A stretch of DNA of 64,000 bases from Octopus sinensis (taxonomy: Eukaryota). Below, in pieces: positions 26,191 to 40,039 of the stretch (positions within the stretch are counted from its first letter, which is position 1; each line of letters begins with the position of its first letter). The stretch spans positions 88,908,001 through 88,972,000 of the forward strand of contig NC_043001.1 in the NCBI RefSeq assembly GCF_006345805.1. The letters are read 5' to 3'. The position numbers and the translations under genes are program-made. Under the pieces are notes generated by a model that ran no database searches, was not told the origin of the DNA, and worked only from the letters and a program-made list of their open reading frames with translations.

Positions 26191-29100
26191 CAGGGGCGTG
26201 CACTCTCAGGTATGCAAAGTATGCGCTGCATGCCTTCTTTGTTTCAAAGAAAATCCTTCCAGTTGTTTTCGAAATATTTTGTCTCCCCTTCCCTTCTCAG
26301 TGACTCGTACTTCTGCTTTGAGAAGATCGCATGACACACACTCCCTCTCTGTCTGTATTAGTTTGTCCTTCCTTCCTCTCTCTCTCTTAGTGACTCAATA
26401 AATTCATTGTGGCGTGTCATGCTTTGAGAAGACCACATGACACCCTCTCTCTCTCTTTTTGTTAGTTTGTCCCTCCTTCCTCTCTCTCTTAGTGACTTGT
26501 TTAAAAGATATGGTAGGAGGAATGGTCATTCATAGTAGTTTGTACCCCTTCTCTCAGTGATTCGACAAATTCATTTTGGCATGTCATGCTTTGAGAAGAC
26601 CGCATGACACACCTTTCTGTCTATTTGTTAGTGTAGAATTGTTGCTAACCTGGTTCCACTTTTGACCCGTAAAATTTCTGACCAGAACAAGAGCAGTCCC
26701 ATAATTCTTGAGTTAGCCAGCTGAAATGTTGGAATAGCTTGGCGGTAAGTTTGAATTTTTTTTATCCAAAACATCCGTTTGCACTAATATATTTTTGGAG
26801 TGTTTTGAAAACAAAAATATAATCTATATTATATTTCTTATTTCAGAAATAGCTAATTAATCTTAAATTAATTTAACTAAGGGTATTTTTCCGTTTTGTT
26901 GAAATTGACTTACAATTTACGCCGGCGCTTCCACATGGGTTCTTATATAAGAGCAGCCTTTTCCAAAATGAGTGAAATGTGTGTTATAAACGATATTTTG
27001 AGAAATAGTTTTTCGAAAAGCGACTTCGATAGAAAATAATTATAAATGGTGGGAGACCAACACCGAATTTACCTAATTTGCGAAGCTACAACAAGAAATT
27101 CAGGAGACAATTTCAGAATTTCAGGTTAATTTGTATAAAAAGAAAAAATGGTTAACTGGAAGTGTTGCTCTTAATAAATTATTCTGTTGGCCGTGTTTAC
27201 TTTTTGGCTTAGATAAAAATGTTTGGAATGATAAAGGCTATGATGATTTAAATAATTTACATATGGCTATGCTAAAGCACGAGCATTCTCAAAGGCATAT
27301 AAAATGTTTGATAGATCTTAAAATATTCGGGAATGTTCGCATAGATTTACAATTAGATGCACGTAAAAATCAAAGCATACAACATCATAATGAGAAAGTT
27401 AGACGAAACAGATCCATTCTGCAACGATTGATCGATGTTATTTTTTTAGGCCTCCAGGATTTATCGTTTCGGGGTCATTTTGAATCTGAAGGCTCTAATA
27501 ATCGTGGAAATTATAAAGAACTCGTATATTTGATCAGTAAATATGACAAAAAAATGGAAAGTCATCTAGATACAGCTATATTCACCGGTCTGTCAAACAG
27601 AATTCAAAATGACTTGATCGAAGCAATTCATAAAGTTATGTTGAATGAGATGCAGAAGGAAATTGAGCAAACTAAGTTTGTTTCTATTCTTGTTGATGAG
27701 ACATCTGATGTCTCAGCATCTTCACAACTGTCAACAGTTTTACGTTATGTTACAGAAGACTGTGTGACGAAAGAACGATTTATCGGTTTTAGTGATGTCA
27801 GTGCAGATTGATCTGCAAATGCTTTATCTGAACATGTTTTTAAATGCATTGAGACGTTGGAATGTGGAAACAAATTGATTGCACAGACATATGATGGTGC
27901 CGCTACAATGGCAGGACAACTAAATGGGTTACAGGCAAAAGTAAGAAAGAAATATGAATGTGCGATCTTTATTCATTGTTGTGCCCTTATCCTAAATTTA
28001 GTTCTTTCACAATCATGCTCGGCTATGAAAAAATGCAAGATATTTTTTCTACGATAAACGGACTCGGTACATTTTTTACGAAATCATCGAAAAGGGCTAA
28101 TGCATTAGATAACATTGTTAAAAAAATATTTCTGAAAGCAACAGCAACTAGATGGAATTACTCCTCACGTCTTATTATTACCACAAAGGAAAATTATAAT
28201 TTCATAATCAGCCTTTTTGAACACATCATTGAAAATCCTGAAGCGTGGGATGATACCACCATAAATTCAGCAATTGAATTCTTACACACTTTAAAAGCTC
28301 CCAATTTCTTATTTTTTTAGAAGTATTCAGTGACATTTTTTCTTTTACTGATGTCTTATTTAACATACTCCAGAGTAAAAGTTATGACATAGTGTATTGT
28401 AAAGAGCAAATAGGTAAAACTAGAACTGTACTCGAAAACAAACTTGATAATTTTTCAATCTTTTATGATAGGTTAGGGGGAAAATATGGACTCGATGCAG
28501 GAATCGGAATTCAGAGATCCAAGAATATATCTATTGATCCCCAATGACATTATAGAATGCTTTATAACAAAATTATCAGTACAATAGTTGACCAAATAAA
28601 AGCACGAGTCATCCTTAGAAGAGTTTAAATTCATGGAACTTTTGAATTTCAACTAAGTTGATGAGTATTGCAAACAATTTCCTGTGGACTCTTTAGATTC
28701 TTTAAGAACAAATTATGGTAGATTTTTTTGATGTAATACGATTACAAAGTGAGCTCAATGTAATGTATTCAATGAAAGATTTTAAAAAACCTGGTGTAAG
28801 TCATTTAATGAGTTACATTAACAGCAGTGATCTTGTTGAAGCTATGCCAGAACTCTTCGATCTGTGCAAGTTGATTTTGACAATTCCGTCTACCACTGCT
28901 TCTGTACAGCGATCCTTTTCTGCATTAAGTAGAATTAAAACATACCAAAGAAAGAAGACTGTCTGGATTAGCACTAATGTCAATTGAAAAAGATTTATTA
29001 CAAGAATTGATGAAAAGAGAAGATTTCTATGAAAATGTGATAGATATATTTGCCCAGAAATATCGAAGAATTGAATTAATTTATAAATGAGGTAAATAAC

Positions 29101-30020
29101 ATTTTAAAACATAAAAAAAATTAATATATTAAAGAGCATATATTACAGGTTTTGCTTAGTGTTTGTTATAACGTAAGGTTTGACGTTCTTACATCAGTAT
29201 TGTTTCGCAGGAGAAATGTTTCGATTTCTTTGTCAAACCTAACCTACATAGATTTCCCTTTCTGTGCTGCTGGCTGTAGTCTATTTATGGCCGTAAATAA
29301 GTGTCTTGTTTCACTTTCAATAAGTGCCTTGTTTCAATCTCAGAGATGTTGACTTCTGCCACAACAGTTTTGGGAGGCTTTTTACAATGTTGAATTTTTG
29401 CTGTCTTTCATTGTGTGTGTATTCATGTATATGCGTGTATTTTCAACATGTGTGTGTGAGACGTAGTCTTTTAATGTACGGAGTTCAGTAAGTTTCAAAA
29501 CAGTCAATAATTTTCCTGGAATTGACAAGTAGCATGATAAAGCACCTGACTTGTCTCCGAGAGCGTAACGATCTAAAACCATGGCCATATAATGTAACTA
29601 AATGTGTTCTTTTAATTAAATCATTTCAAATTGATTCGGCTCAACCAATAGGTATAGGGGCTAATGCAGAATCGCACCTCTTTGAAAAACGAATTTTTGT
29701 GAAAAATTGTTTCAGATTCCTACCTTTAACAGAGATTCTGAATATGCAAAAATATTGACAGAATCCAATTTCATCTTTATTACATTTCACTTATGATTTT
29801 TAGACTTTTCTAAGGGAGAATGAGGATGGGAAAGTACTGACATTTCGAAGAGCAAAGAATAATACAAACAATACACTTATTTCAGGCTCATCTCTACACA
29901 GCCATTTTTTATTCCCTGTTTATTCTAGGTCATACGGGGCTGATTGCATATTCAGAATCTCTTATATGTAAATCGTAGGAATACGAAAATGTTTTACTGA
30001 AAAATTGCCGGGGTGGCAAT
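26191..30020 (+). mobile_element. hAT-superfamily DNA transposon, ~3.8 kb; right TIR not found
   Basis: Left end caggggcgtgcac after a (TA)n run; subterminal repeats at 26300-26620; transposase relic inside; 3' side abuts a family E insertion. Confidence 0.8.
26968..29090 (+). pseudogene. hAT transposase pseudogene (ZMYM1/DUF4371-like N-part, C-terminal dimerisation domain)
   Basis: FRGHFESEGSNNRGNYKEL, SILVDETSDVS, QTYDGAATMAG, FIHCCALILNL, TRWN, LILTIPSTTASVQRSFSAL across ORFs 27131-28987; in-frame TGA at 27809 and frameshifts. Confidence 0.92.
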
Positions 30021-30261
30021 GAAATATCATCATCATCATCGTTTAACGTCTGCTTTCCATGCTAGCATGGGTTGGACGATTTGACTGAAGACTGGCGAAC
30101 CAGATGGCTGCGCCAGGCTCCAATCTTGATCTGGCAGTTTCTACAGCTGGATGCCCTTCCTAACGCCGAACATATATATATATATATAGTTAATAAAAAA
30201 CATATCAGAAAGAAGCACACTCTAAAAAATAGAGCAGTAATTATTACAACCAACAAAATTT

Positions 30262-30310
30262 TAGAGTTACCCAAGGTTTCGCACCCACATGGACAGCTCA
30301 TCAGATTCTA
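30262..30310 (-). ncRNA. Type-I hammerhead ribozyme-like motif inside an inverted repeat (30243-30381)
   Basis: Minus strand reads tagaat-CTGATGA-gctgtcca tg tgggtgc-GAAA-ccttggg-TA-actcta. Confidence 0.6.
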
Positions 30311-31012
30311 TAGCTGTCCAAAAGGCTTTGGCTTTATGGGTGCGAAACCTTGGATAACTCTATATAAAATTTTGTTGTAATATGTATATATACATACATC
30401 ATCAGTTAATGTCTGTTTCCCATTCTGGCATGACTTTGACAGTTTGACAGGAGCTGTCCCACTGAAGGGTTGTTTAGGCTCCATGTCTATTTTGGCATGG
30501 CTTCTACAGCTGCCTTCCTAATACCAACCACTTTACAGAGTGTAGTGGGTGTTTTTTATGTAGCACCAGCACCTACATATATTGGTTTCAAATTTTGGCA
30601 TACGATCACCAATTTAAGGGGAAGGGTAACTCAATTACATTGACCCCTCAGTGTTCAACTAGTACTTATTTTATCGGATTTCATAGAATTTGAATTCAGA
30701 ACACAAAGACATGAAATGCTCCTAAGCATTTTGCCCAGTGTGCCAGCTAGTTACATATATATATATATAAATAATAAGGGTAGAAATTGATATTAATCAA
30801 TTAAAACCAGTGGCTTAACTTATTTAAAAAATCCGAAGATTAAAAATTGAGTTACAAAATTAAAAGGGAAAAAAACTAGAGTGGACACCTAATATGCTAA
30901 ACATAGACATCAAATCACCATTACCACAAATGCGTTCTCAAGAAAAACCTCAGCAAAACGCCGTTTTGCTGAGATATTAGGTGTCCACTTTAGTGGTCAT
31001 TCCTCTTAATTT

Positions 31013-31052
<40 letters not shown>

Positions 31053-31079
31053 AAAACTATAGGTTGCATACAAGTGGGT

Positions 31080-31215
31080 ATATATTTATAAAAAAAGAAG
31101 TTTGAAAGTGCCACTATATAAGATAAATTTTAATTTTCTTAGAAAATTTTGTAAGAAAATTAAAATTTATCTTATATAGTGGTGTTTTCAAACTTCTTTT
31201 TTATAAATATATATA
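31080..31215. repeat. ~135-bp near-perfect palindrome centred at 31146/31147
   Basis: Pair-by-pair check: one G.G mismatch, three adjacent G.T pairs, one 1-nt bulge. Confidence 0.95.
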
Positions 31216-32273
31216 TATAATCTGGCTTTAGACATGGCTGTGTGGTAAGAAGCTTGCTTCCCAGTCACATGGTACCTTGGACAAGTGTCTTCTACTATAG
31301 CCTTCAGCCGACCAAACCCTTGTGAGTCCATTGTATATGTTAATGTATGTATGTATTTATGTGTGTCTGTGTTTGTCCCCACCACCATTGCTTGACAACT
31401 GATGTTGGTTTGTTTACATCTCCATAAGTTAACAGTTCAGCAAAAGAGACAAATAGAATGAGTACTAGGCTGACAAAGAATAAGTCCTGGGATTGATTTC
31501 TTCAACTAAAACCCTTTAGGGTGGTGGTCCAGCATGGCTACAGTCAAATGACTAAGACAAGTAAAATAGAGATTTGTATTTTAAAAAATGGTGATAACAC
31601 TAAAAGGAAAGAGTTACGATTTCAACAGCTGGCTCCTCACAATTGGGTATTTGAATAACATGTTACACTTCAACTGAATGCATTTGCTGTATGCACACTG
31701 TAATCAGTCTGATGATTGGAAATGTGAAATTCGAATAACCAGATAAGAAGTACCAGCTGTTACAATCATACACATGTACATATTCATGTTGTGTATGTAT
31801 ATATGTGTGTGTGTGTGTGTGTATATAAAACAGCATTGATGGAGTCATAAACAGTGATAAAAGGAATATAACAACCAATTGATTGATTGGTTAAAATATT
31901 AGTCATGAAATTAGTATACTAGCAAGCTAGAAAAAAAAAAAAAAATGAAATGGATTGTTTTATTGGCACCTCCCCATAACTTAGCAGTAGTGGGGTGAAC
32001 TCATTTGACTAAAAATTCTTCAAGGCAATGCTCCAGTATGGCCATAGTCTATATACTGAAAAAAAAATAGGATATATATCTATATAAAAGGTAAGATATA
32101 GCTTTATAAAAAAGAGTTGATATACAGAGAGATAGAGGTGGGGGTGAGAGAGATAATTATTTCAATGTCCACTTTTCAATGTTCGCATGGTTCAAAGGAA
32201 CGGGCAGTACAAGTGAGTCACAAAGAATGTGATTGCAAAGCTAAATAACACAGCTAAGCTTATGTGTATGTAA

Positions 32274-32306
<33 letters not shown>

Positions 32307-32309
<3 letters not shown>

Positions 32310-32540
32310 GCGGCGAACTGGCAGAAACATTAGCACGCCGGGCAAAATGCGTAGCCATATTTCGTATGTCGTTACGTTCCGGGTTCAAATTCCGCCGTGG
32401 TCGACTTTGCCTTTCATCCTTTCAGGGTCGATAAATTAAGTACCAGTTACGCACTGGGGTCGATGTAATCGACTTAATCCTTTTGTCTGTCCTTGTTTGT
32501 CCCCTCTGTATTTAGCCCCTTGTGGGTAGTAAAGAAATAT
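32307..32540 (+). mobile_element. SINE family B, full length
   Basis: ggcggcgaactggcagaaac...gggttcaaattcc...gtagtaaagaaata. Confidence 0.85.
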
Positions 32541-33316
32541 ATATATATAGGGATGTATGTATAAAGGAATACAAAAAAAATGGGACAAGAATGCAAAACA
32601 TCCAGACAGCTAAATGATACAAAAAAGGGACAAGAAAAAACACGGATGGGTCATTCAAAGTTTTCTTTCCTCAGTTGAGTTCCAGATTATCTTTGCAATT
32701 TCGGCTGGTTATACTCAAGATTGCTCCAATCTGGCCAGCTCCAAGGAAAAAGTAAGCTAAGAGCACAAGATACCTTGGAAGTAAGTAGTGAATGTATATG
32801 AAAACAAGGATGGAAAAAAACGGAGAAATGTACACAAATACAAATGCAAATAACAGGACATAACAACAGATGTCTTTCGACTAAGGTTGAATTAAATTAA
32901 GCTGGCGTGTGTGGAAGTGAAGCCTTATGGCCAGGACATAGGAGATGACAGGCATGGTGAGGAATAAAGATATTGCATGGATAGTAGTTGAACCAAGAAA
33001 GAAAGGTCAAGCTTGGCCAAACACCAGTCATGTGGAGAGAGAGGAGAGAGACAGAAGAAATAGGGAGGGATGAGAAAAAAAGAAAAATGGCAGTGAAGTG
33101 AAAGAGGAGGGAAGATGAGAATGAAGAGAAAGCTAGGAAATGTGAGAGAGGGGAAACGAAAGAACAAAGTAAATGTGAAGGGGGCTGATAGAAAGAAAGA
33201 ATGAAAGAATAAGAGAGTCGTACAAAATTTAGATATATATATTATATATACTTACACACACATATATGCTTATACATACATATATATATGTAAGTGTGGT
33301 GTGTTTGTATATGTAG

Positions 33317-33358
<42 letters not shown>

Positions 33359-33649
33359 AAGGGCAATATTTCTCACCATTTGGTACAATGTGTTTTATTA
33401 TGGTAGTTTTGACTTTAAGAGTCCCTCCTAGCATGAGGCATTTATGTATAGTAATGCCCTTAATATAAATAAATATATTTAAGAGGAATAATTGATGGAT
33501 TTTTCCCTTATGAGGTTTTTCACGCTAACTACTTGATAAATTCTTATAAAGATTTTATCCTATTTTTCAATTATATATACATATGCATAAATGTGTGTGT
33601 ATATACAATCATATTTAACATATACATATACATGTACATTCATACATGG

Positions 33650-34290
33650 AAAGACATTCATTGTGAATACTGAGAAGTCTGAATGCATTAATTAGAACAG
33701 CCAGCTCAATTCATTGAGTGGTACACTTCTGAAGAAAGTCGAATGGTTCACTAATCTTAAGAGTGCTATTTCATCCACCAAAGATGTATCTAGCTGCATA
33801 ACAAAAGCATGGAATGCACAGGACAAATAAAGAATAATTTTGAAGTCTACACTGCCTGGACCCAATGAAAAGGAAATTCTTCAAAGCCATAATAAAATCA
33901 GTCGTTCTTTACAGTTGACCAACCTAGTCTCTGACTAAAAATATAGAAAGCTAGCTTGATGGAACCTATACACGTATGCTGCATGCTATCCTAAATTAAT
34001 CATGGAAGCAATATCCAACGAAAGAAAAGCTTTGTGAAAATATCCCCAACATGTCAAAAATTCTAGAACGGAAGACAAGATGCACTTGTTACTGTTATCA
34101 AAGCAAGGATGAATTAATGAATGAGCTCCAATGGATCCTGAGCCATAGAAATTCTCTTGTTGAGTGACTAAGAATGATGCACATTGATCAACTCTTTCAT
34201 CGTGTCAAGCTACAAATACAAGACTGCAAAATATCAGGGAAAACAGGAATGCATAGAGAGAAAGAGTGGTTTTGATCTGGGCAACCCAAC
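33650..34290 (+). mobile_element. RTE-clade LINE reverse-transcriptase C-terminal relic
   Basis: Decayed frames give VNTEKSE, CITKAWNA, FFKAIIKSVVLY, LDGTYTRMLHAILN. Confidence 0.8.
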
Positions 34291-35019
34291 CAAAATGATA
34301 GACAGACAGAAAGAAAGAAAGAAAGAAAGAAAGAAATTTATAACATTATGCCTTTCCTGAATTGTAAAGGATTAACTGAGATTATTCAGCCTGGCTTTAA
34401 AGTGGCATGGAGGGGGGAACTCTATTCCTCCAATGTATTTCTATGTATGTGACAAGGTCATGTCCATTTTTGAAACTAAGGAATAATACACATGAACGCA
34501 CACACGTATACAAATGCAAAAATAGAGATACTTGTATATACACATTTGTGTAAGTATATATTCATATGTATGTACAAGTATATATGTTTGTGTGTGTGTG
34601 AGTGTGTGTATACACATAGACATAAATATATGAGTGTATTTATATATGCGTGTGTAAAGATACATATATGGAAATCTATAACTGAACACCATGTGTTAAT
34701 AGATCAATATTGAGTGGGTGAAGTTTAGTATAGAGTTTAGTTTTTGTTATAACAAGATCAATTGTGAGGCTGTTGGCTGGAACAAAACCAAGTTGTAGTA
34801 TATGTGTTCTTGTTATTGTTGTTGTTTCAACATGGATTCAGGTATCAGTAAGGATATCCCTATTAAATCAAAATGTGGAACCTAGCCACTTTACCTGAGG
34901 ATTTTTGTTGTTCTTTTTATGAGGATGTTCAGGTTCCACATATAACATTCATTTCACTGGCAGATGGTGAAGATGTGTTGAGATGTACCCTCAACTAACA
35001 GGGAGGTGTATATATATAT

Positions 35020-35065
<46 letters not shown>

Positions 35066-35599
35066 AATATTCTATAATTATAAATATAATTATAATCAGG
35101 GGTCAGCTAATTGCTTCACCACACACAGAATTTAGAAATAGGGGCTAAATGCCTTTTCTACTACCATAAAGATCTCCCAAACAGGAAGCAGTAACACAGT
35201 TTTTATGTAGGTAAAAAGAAAAAATAACGAATCTACACTCAGATTAGCTACATATGCATTTCGAGATTAAAGTAAAGTTATATTTACTTACTTATTTCTC
35301 ATCTTTAGTGCAGCATTTCAAAATATAAATTTGAGAGTGTTAGGATTAAATATGTTCATGATCAAGCACCATCGCATAACTGATATTCAACCAACACTTC
35401 CAAAAATATACAGCTAAATGTGAACACATATTTATCCTCAATATCCACGTGTGTGTTACAAACAATCCTACAGAAGCTGCAGTTTTCAATCAGGGAGTAA
35501 ATTATAATTTTAATAATAATTAAAGGTAAATTTAATTAATTAAGTAATCAATTAATTAATTAATAATTAATAATTTTACCAAATAATCTGAGTCGTGTT

Positions 35600-35880
35600 C
35601 ATTCATTGCTTGCAAATTCCAAGTGTGGCCGCACCGTAGCCATATACAGCCTTAAATAGATAGCTGGAGGGCAGCTGACAAAGGTCTTGATGAGTGATGT
35701 CAAGACACCCTTGGCCATCTTTTTGACAATTTTAGAGACGTGCCATATCCAGTGCAAATTGCTGCTGATAGTAATGCCCAGGTCACATTCACAAGAAGAT
35801 TTCTTGATATTAGTGTTGTGGAGAGAGCATGTGGATGCTGGGTTTTTCCTCCCAAAGTGCTCAGTGGTACACTTGTCCAC
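35600..35880 (-). mobile_element. CR1-like LINE RT C-terminal fragment
   Basis: KCTTEHFGRKNP...CDLGITISSNLHW...LYMATVRPHLEFAS in ORF 35599-35973. Confidence 0.85.
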
Positions 35881-35943
35881 AGCTAATGTGTGTGTGTGTG
35901 TGTGTACACACATAAAATGTATGTATATATATATATACACACA

Positions 35944-36150
35944 CAGAAAAGTTCTTGGCTTTAAGGGTGTCACAAAAGGCCTGGTTGGAGGCTCAACCTT
36001 CCAAGTTCTTTTACAGGTCTTAGAAAAACTGAAGGACTCCTTACAATAAGAATGTGAATCTGAGAGGGGAATATATTGAATAAAATCATAATTAACTGAT
36101 CCTCTGGTATTTGCTTTTACTCAAAGCCAGGAGCTTTTCAGCACCCCTGC
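35944..36150 (-). mobile_element. Mariner-type MITE, third copy
   Basis: Reverse complement of 3146-3362. Confidence 0.8.
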
Positions 36151-37249
36151 ATTTGTATACACACACACACACACATACACACACACACACACACACATAC
36201 ATACATACATATATGATGTACTCATAAAACATAAACAGCACAACTTGAAGTATTACTAAATCTTCTATTTCTACCAATAACAACTCAAAAGTTAGATATA
36301 TTGTCATGTATATTTTTAATATTTCATTACCAGAATACAAATAAATACATTCCAAGAGAGAGGTATAAATTGACTCAGTCAACAAGGACAATGGGGTGTG
36401 GATTTGTCCAAAGGAGTTGCAGAACAGAACCATGTATTTTACATTTTCCAGATAAAAAGATGTAAGTAATTGTTTAAATAAATAATTTACAAAGGCAGAT
36501 TAATGTGGGTAATTTTATGTCACATTATGTTGGGTTAGATGTCATGAGAGATGAGGTCATCTATAATCAGAGGTAAGTAGTGGCCTTGTATAAATCACCT
36601 GATAGGTTTTGTTCTATGCATGTGTGTGTGTGTGCATATATATTTGTGTTTGTGTGCATGTTCACATGTAAGAGGATCTTTTCTGTTCGGATGCCACTTT
36701 TCGGTTTCTTCAGTTTTTGTTCCAATTGATTTCATATTCGGTGTTTTGTTGTACTTTTGCATGATAATCATTGACATGAAATAAAAATTAAATAGCTTTT
36801 AAAGTTTACAAATTTGGGATAATTTTAGCCAATTGAGAGCCACAGACATACAGGCACCTGCTTCCATACTAACAAGCCAAGCTGTTATCAAACTGCTTAC
36901 CCCTCTGCTGTGGTCCTGTGAATTTACATGGTCATTTTTCTTTATTAAATTCTTAAAATATGAGGTATGATGTGTTCGTGAGATGTGCAAAAGTAATAGT
37001 TAAATAGGCCTTAAATCATGCACCAAAAAAACTTTAAAAGTTCAACAGGTGTAGCCAAATAGAAAAGATCCAGTAAAAGTGCATACATGCATGCATTTAT
37101 TTATAATATACACATATATAGTTTACTAAAAGCAAACATTTATCCTGTGACTCAACCTTCAGGTCAACTCAATATTCAGGTACCTGAATATCACAATGAC
37201 ATGAAACTCTAGTGGCAAGATAAAATCTTCAATATACATATGCATACAT

Positions 37250-37286
<37 letters not shown>

Positions 37287-37356
37287 GTATTTGTGTGTGT
37301 GTGTGTATGCGTGTGTATATATATATATACACACACACACACATACATACACACAC

Positions 37357-37415
<59 letters not shown>

Positions 37416-37746
37416 ACACACACACATATATATGCACATCAAAATATACAGTGTTATAGATCCATTTCAGCCAATCATACCTATCAGTTTTGCACTGGGT
37501 ATTAAATAACCAGATATTTGATAAAAGGATAGTTAACTTACACCATGTGCTCTTCAGATATGGCAGGGTTCATATTTGAAGGACTAACTATCCTAATATC
37601 CAGTCATCTATTGACAAATATACAAGTGTGTATTTCTTCAGACTAACATGGATTTCGTCTACAGTATGTACTATAGCTAAAAGGAGAGCTGTTTCTTATG
37701 TGCACATGTGTGTGTGTGTGTGGTGTGTGTGTGTATATATATATAT

Positions 37747-38254
<508 letters not shown>

Positions 38255-38260
38255 ATATAG

Positions 38261-38475
38261 CATCCCAGAGAGACACATTTGGTCTTTGAAAGAAAGTGCC
38301 ACAGAGTAGAACATAAAGTGGAAGATCCTGGAGAAATGTAAACTGTACTTCAATAGCAGCAGGAAGTGCAGGTTATGCCTGGCTGAGAAGAGAGGGATTT
38401 TAAAGGGTACCCAGCACCTGGATATTTACCTGACTAGCAGAAATAAAGTGTTCAACTCTTGCCCACATCAAATGA
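38261..38475 (+). mobile_element. Penelope-like element, GIY-YIG endonuclease C-terminal relic
   Basis: Hand translation RHIWSLKESATE*NIKWKILEKCKLYFNSSRKCRLCLAEKRGIL...SRNKVFNSCPH fits the PLE pattern IW.LK...I.W.IL...C.LCL.EK...C.H. Confidence 0.8.
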
Positions 38476-39129
38476 AGTACATCTTATCATACCTGCGCAT
38501 CCCACCATGACTACAACCACCAGTCCACCAACCTCAGCTTTCCACCAATACTCTTGAGCATTGCAAAGAGCTTGGTGAGAGCATACACAAATGCACCCAT
38601 ATACATACATATACACACCAACGACCCACACACATACGTGCACACCCCAACAAGGCAGACACCTACCAAATAGACCATCTTCCACCCCACCCCACCCAAC
38701 ACATATCACTACACACATATTGTACCCCCACATATATAACCCCCCCCACACACACACACACACATATTGTACCCCTACACACCACACACTAACATAAAGC
38801 CCAATGACCTTAGCCAATACAGAAAGAAAACAGACTAATGAACACAATTATTATTATATTTACCTACACCCATGGAAAAAACTATACCTATGACACCAAT
38901 ACACATATCCCATTCCCATAGGAGCACTACACTAAATAACGCACACATTTTCCACAAACACTTCAAGATAACTCTGACCGGTTTTATAGTGAATCCAACC
39001 AAGGGACATAACTCCTAACCTAATCCCCTGCTCATTTTTATTTCACTATATTTTCACAGCAACTGCAAACCGAAAGTATCTATTCACTTCCACCAATAGA
39101 GAGCAGTTACCATATTCCTTTCCAAATGA

Positions 39130-39200
39130 ACTAACTCTGATGAGTGTAAAGTTATATAATCGGCTTGTATTCCTTATGCAAAACTGGTTTGTAAGATCAG
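39130..39200 (+). ncRNA. Degenerate hammerhead in the PLE terminal-repeat region
   Basis: CTGATGA(39137-43)-gtgtaaag...cttatgc-AAAA (GAAA mutated)-ctggtttg-TA-agatc. Confidence 0.45.
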
Positions 39201-39242
39201 CCATGATGGACATATAATATTGTACTTTCCAGATAACATACA

Positions 39243-39277
<35 letters not shown>

Positions 39278-39400
39278 GTGTGTGAAAACACACACATTTA
39301 TGTGTGCATATATGTACTGATATGTGTACAAATTTATATATAAATATATATCTGTGAGCATGTGAGTGTGCTGTGTATGTTCCAGCGTGTGTGAATGAAT

Positions 39401-39436
<36 letters not shown>

Positions 39437-40039
39437 AAGTAGCTGGTCAATTTAATGGTCTTAAGGTCAATAGTTCATTTTTTGTCAATGCCATGCCAAT
39501 TTATCCTTAACTCATATATGACTTTCACCTGATAGAGAATAAATTCAATATGGAGGTAAAAGTTTTAGAAGATAAAGCTTATTTTGGATTAGCGAGAGAC
39601 ACCAGAAAGTTCCAGAAAGTTTCAGAAATATCTCAAGATTTTAGAGGTTGAGTTCTAGTGGCAAATGATGCAGCTTGATCAGGTATATAGTGTCAAAGTC
39701 ACAAGTTGGTATTTGATACATTTGGCTATTTGAAGTACACCAGTTTGAAGTGAGAACCTAGCAGATTGTTCACATGCCAGCAAGAGATGTGGATGAAGGC
39801 TAAGCTGAATGAGACCTCAGCTGACTAGATAGGAAATGGTTAAAGCTCTTTAAATGATTTGTTCATTTTCTAAGAGAAATAATGGAGTTGTATTATATCT
39901 GTGGCCCATGTCATGATGTGTGTTGTAGTGTCATCTAAGAGAAGACAGAAGTAAAGAAAGAACAAAGAGAATAGAGATGAGGAGAAATAGTTGTGATAAG
40001 AAAGGCTTGATTTGCTGCAGAGCTGATGTAACAATGTTT

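Noticed and set aside
32690-32770. Minus-strand gcugg...ccagc-CGAAA-UUGCAA in a PLE-like repeat
   Set aside because: No CUGANGA box and no NUH triplet.
37526-37564. Minus-strand CUGAAGA-gcac..gugu-AA-GUUAAC-UA
   Set aside because: GAAA is incomplete and helix I is absent; at most a dead hammerhead remnant.
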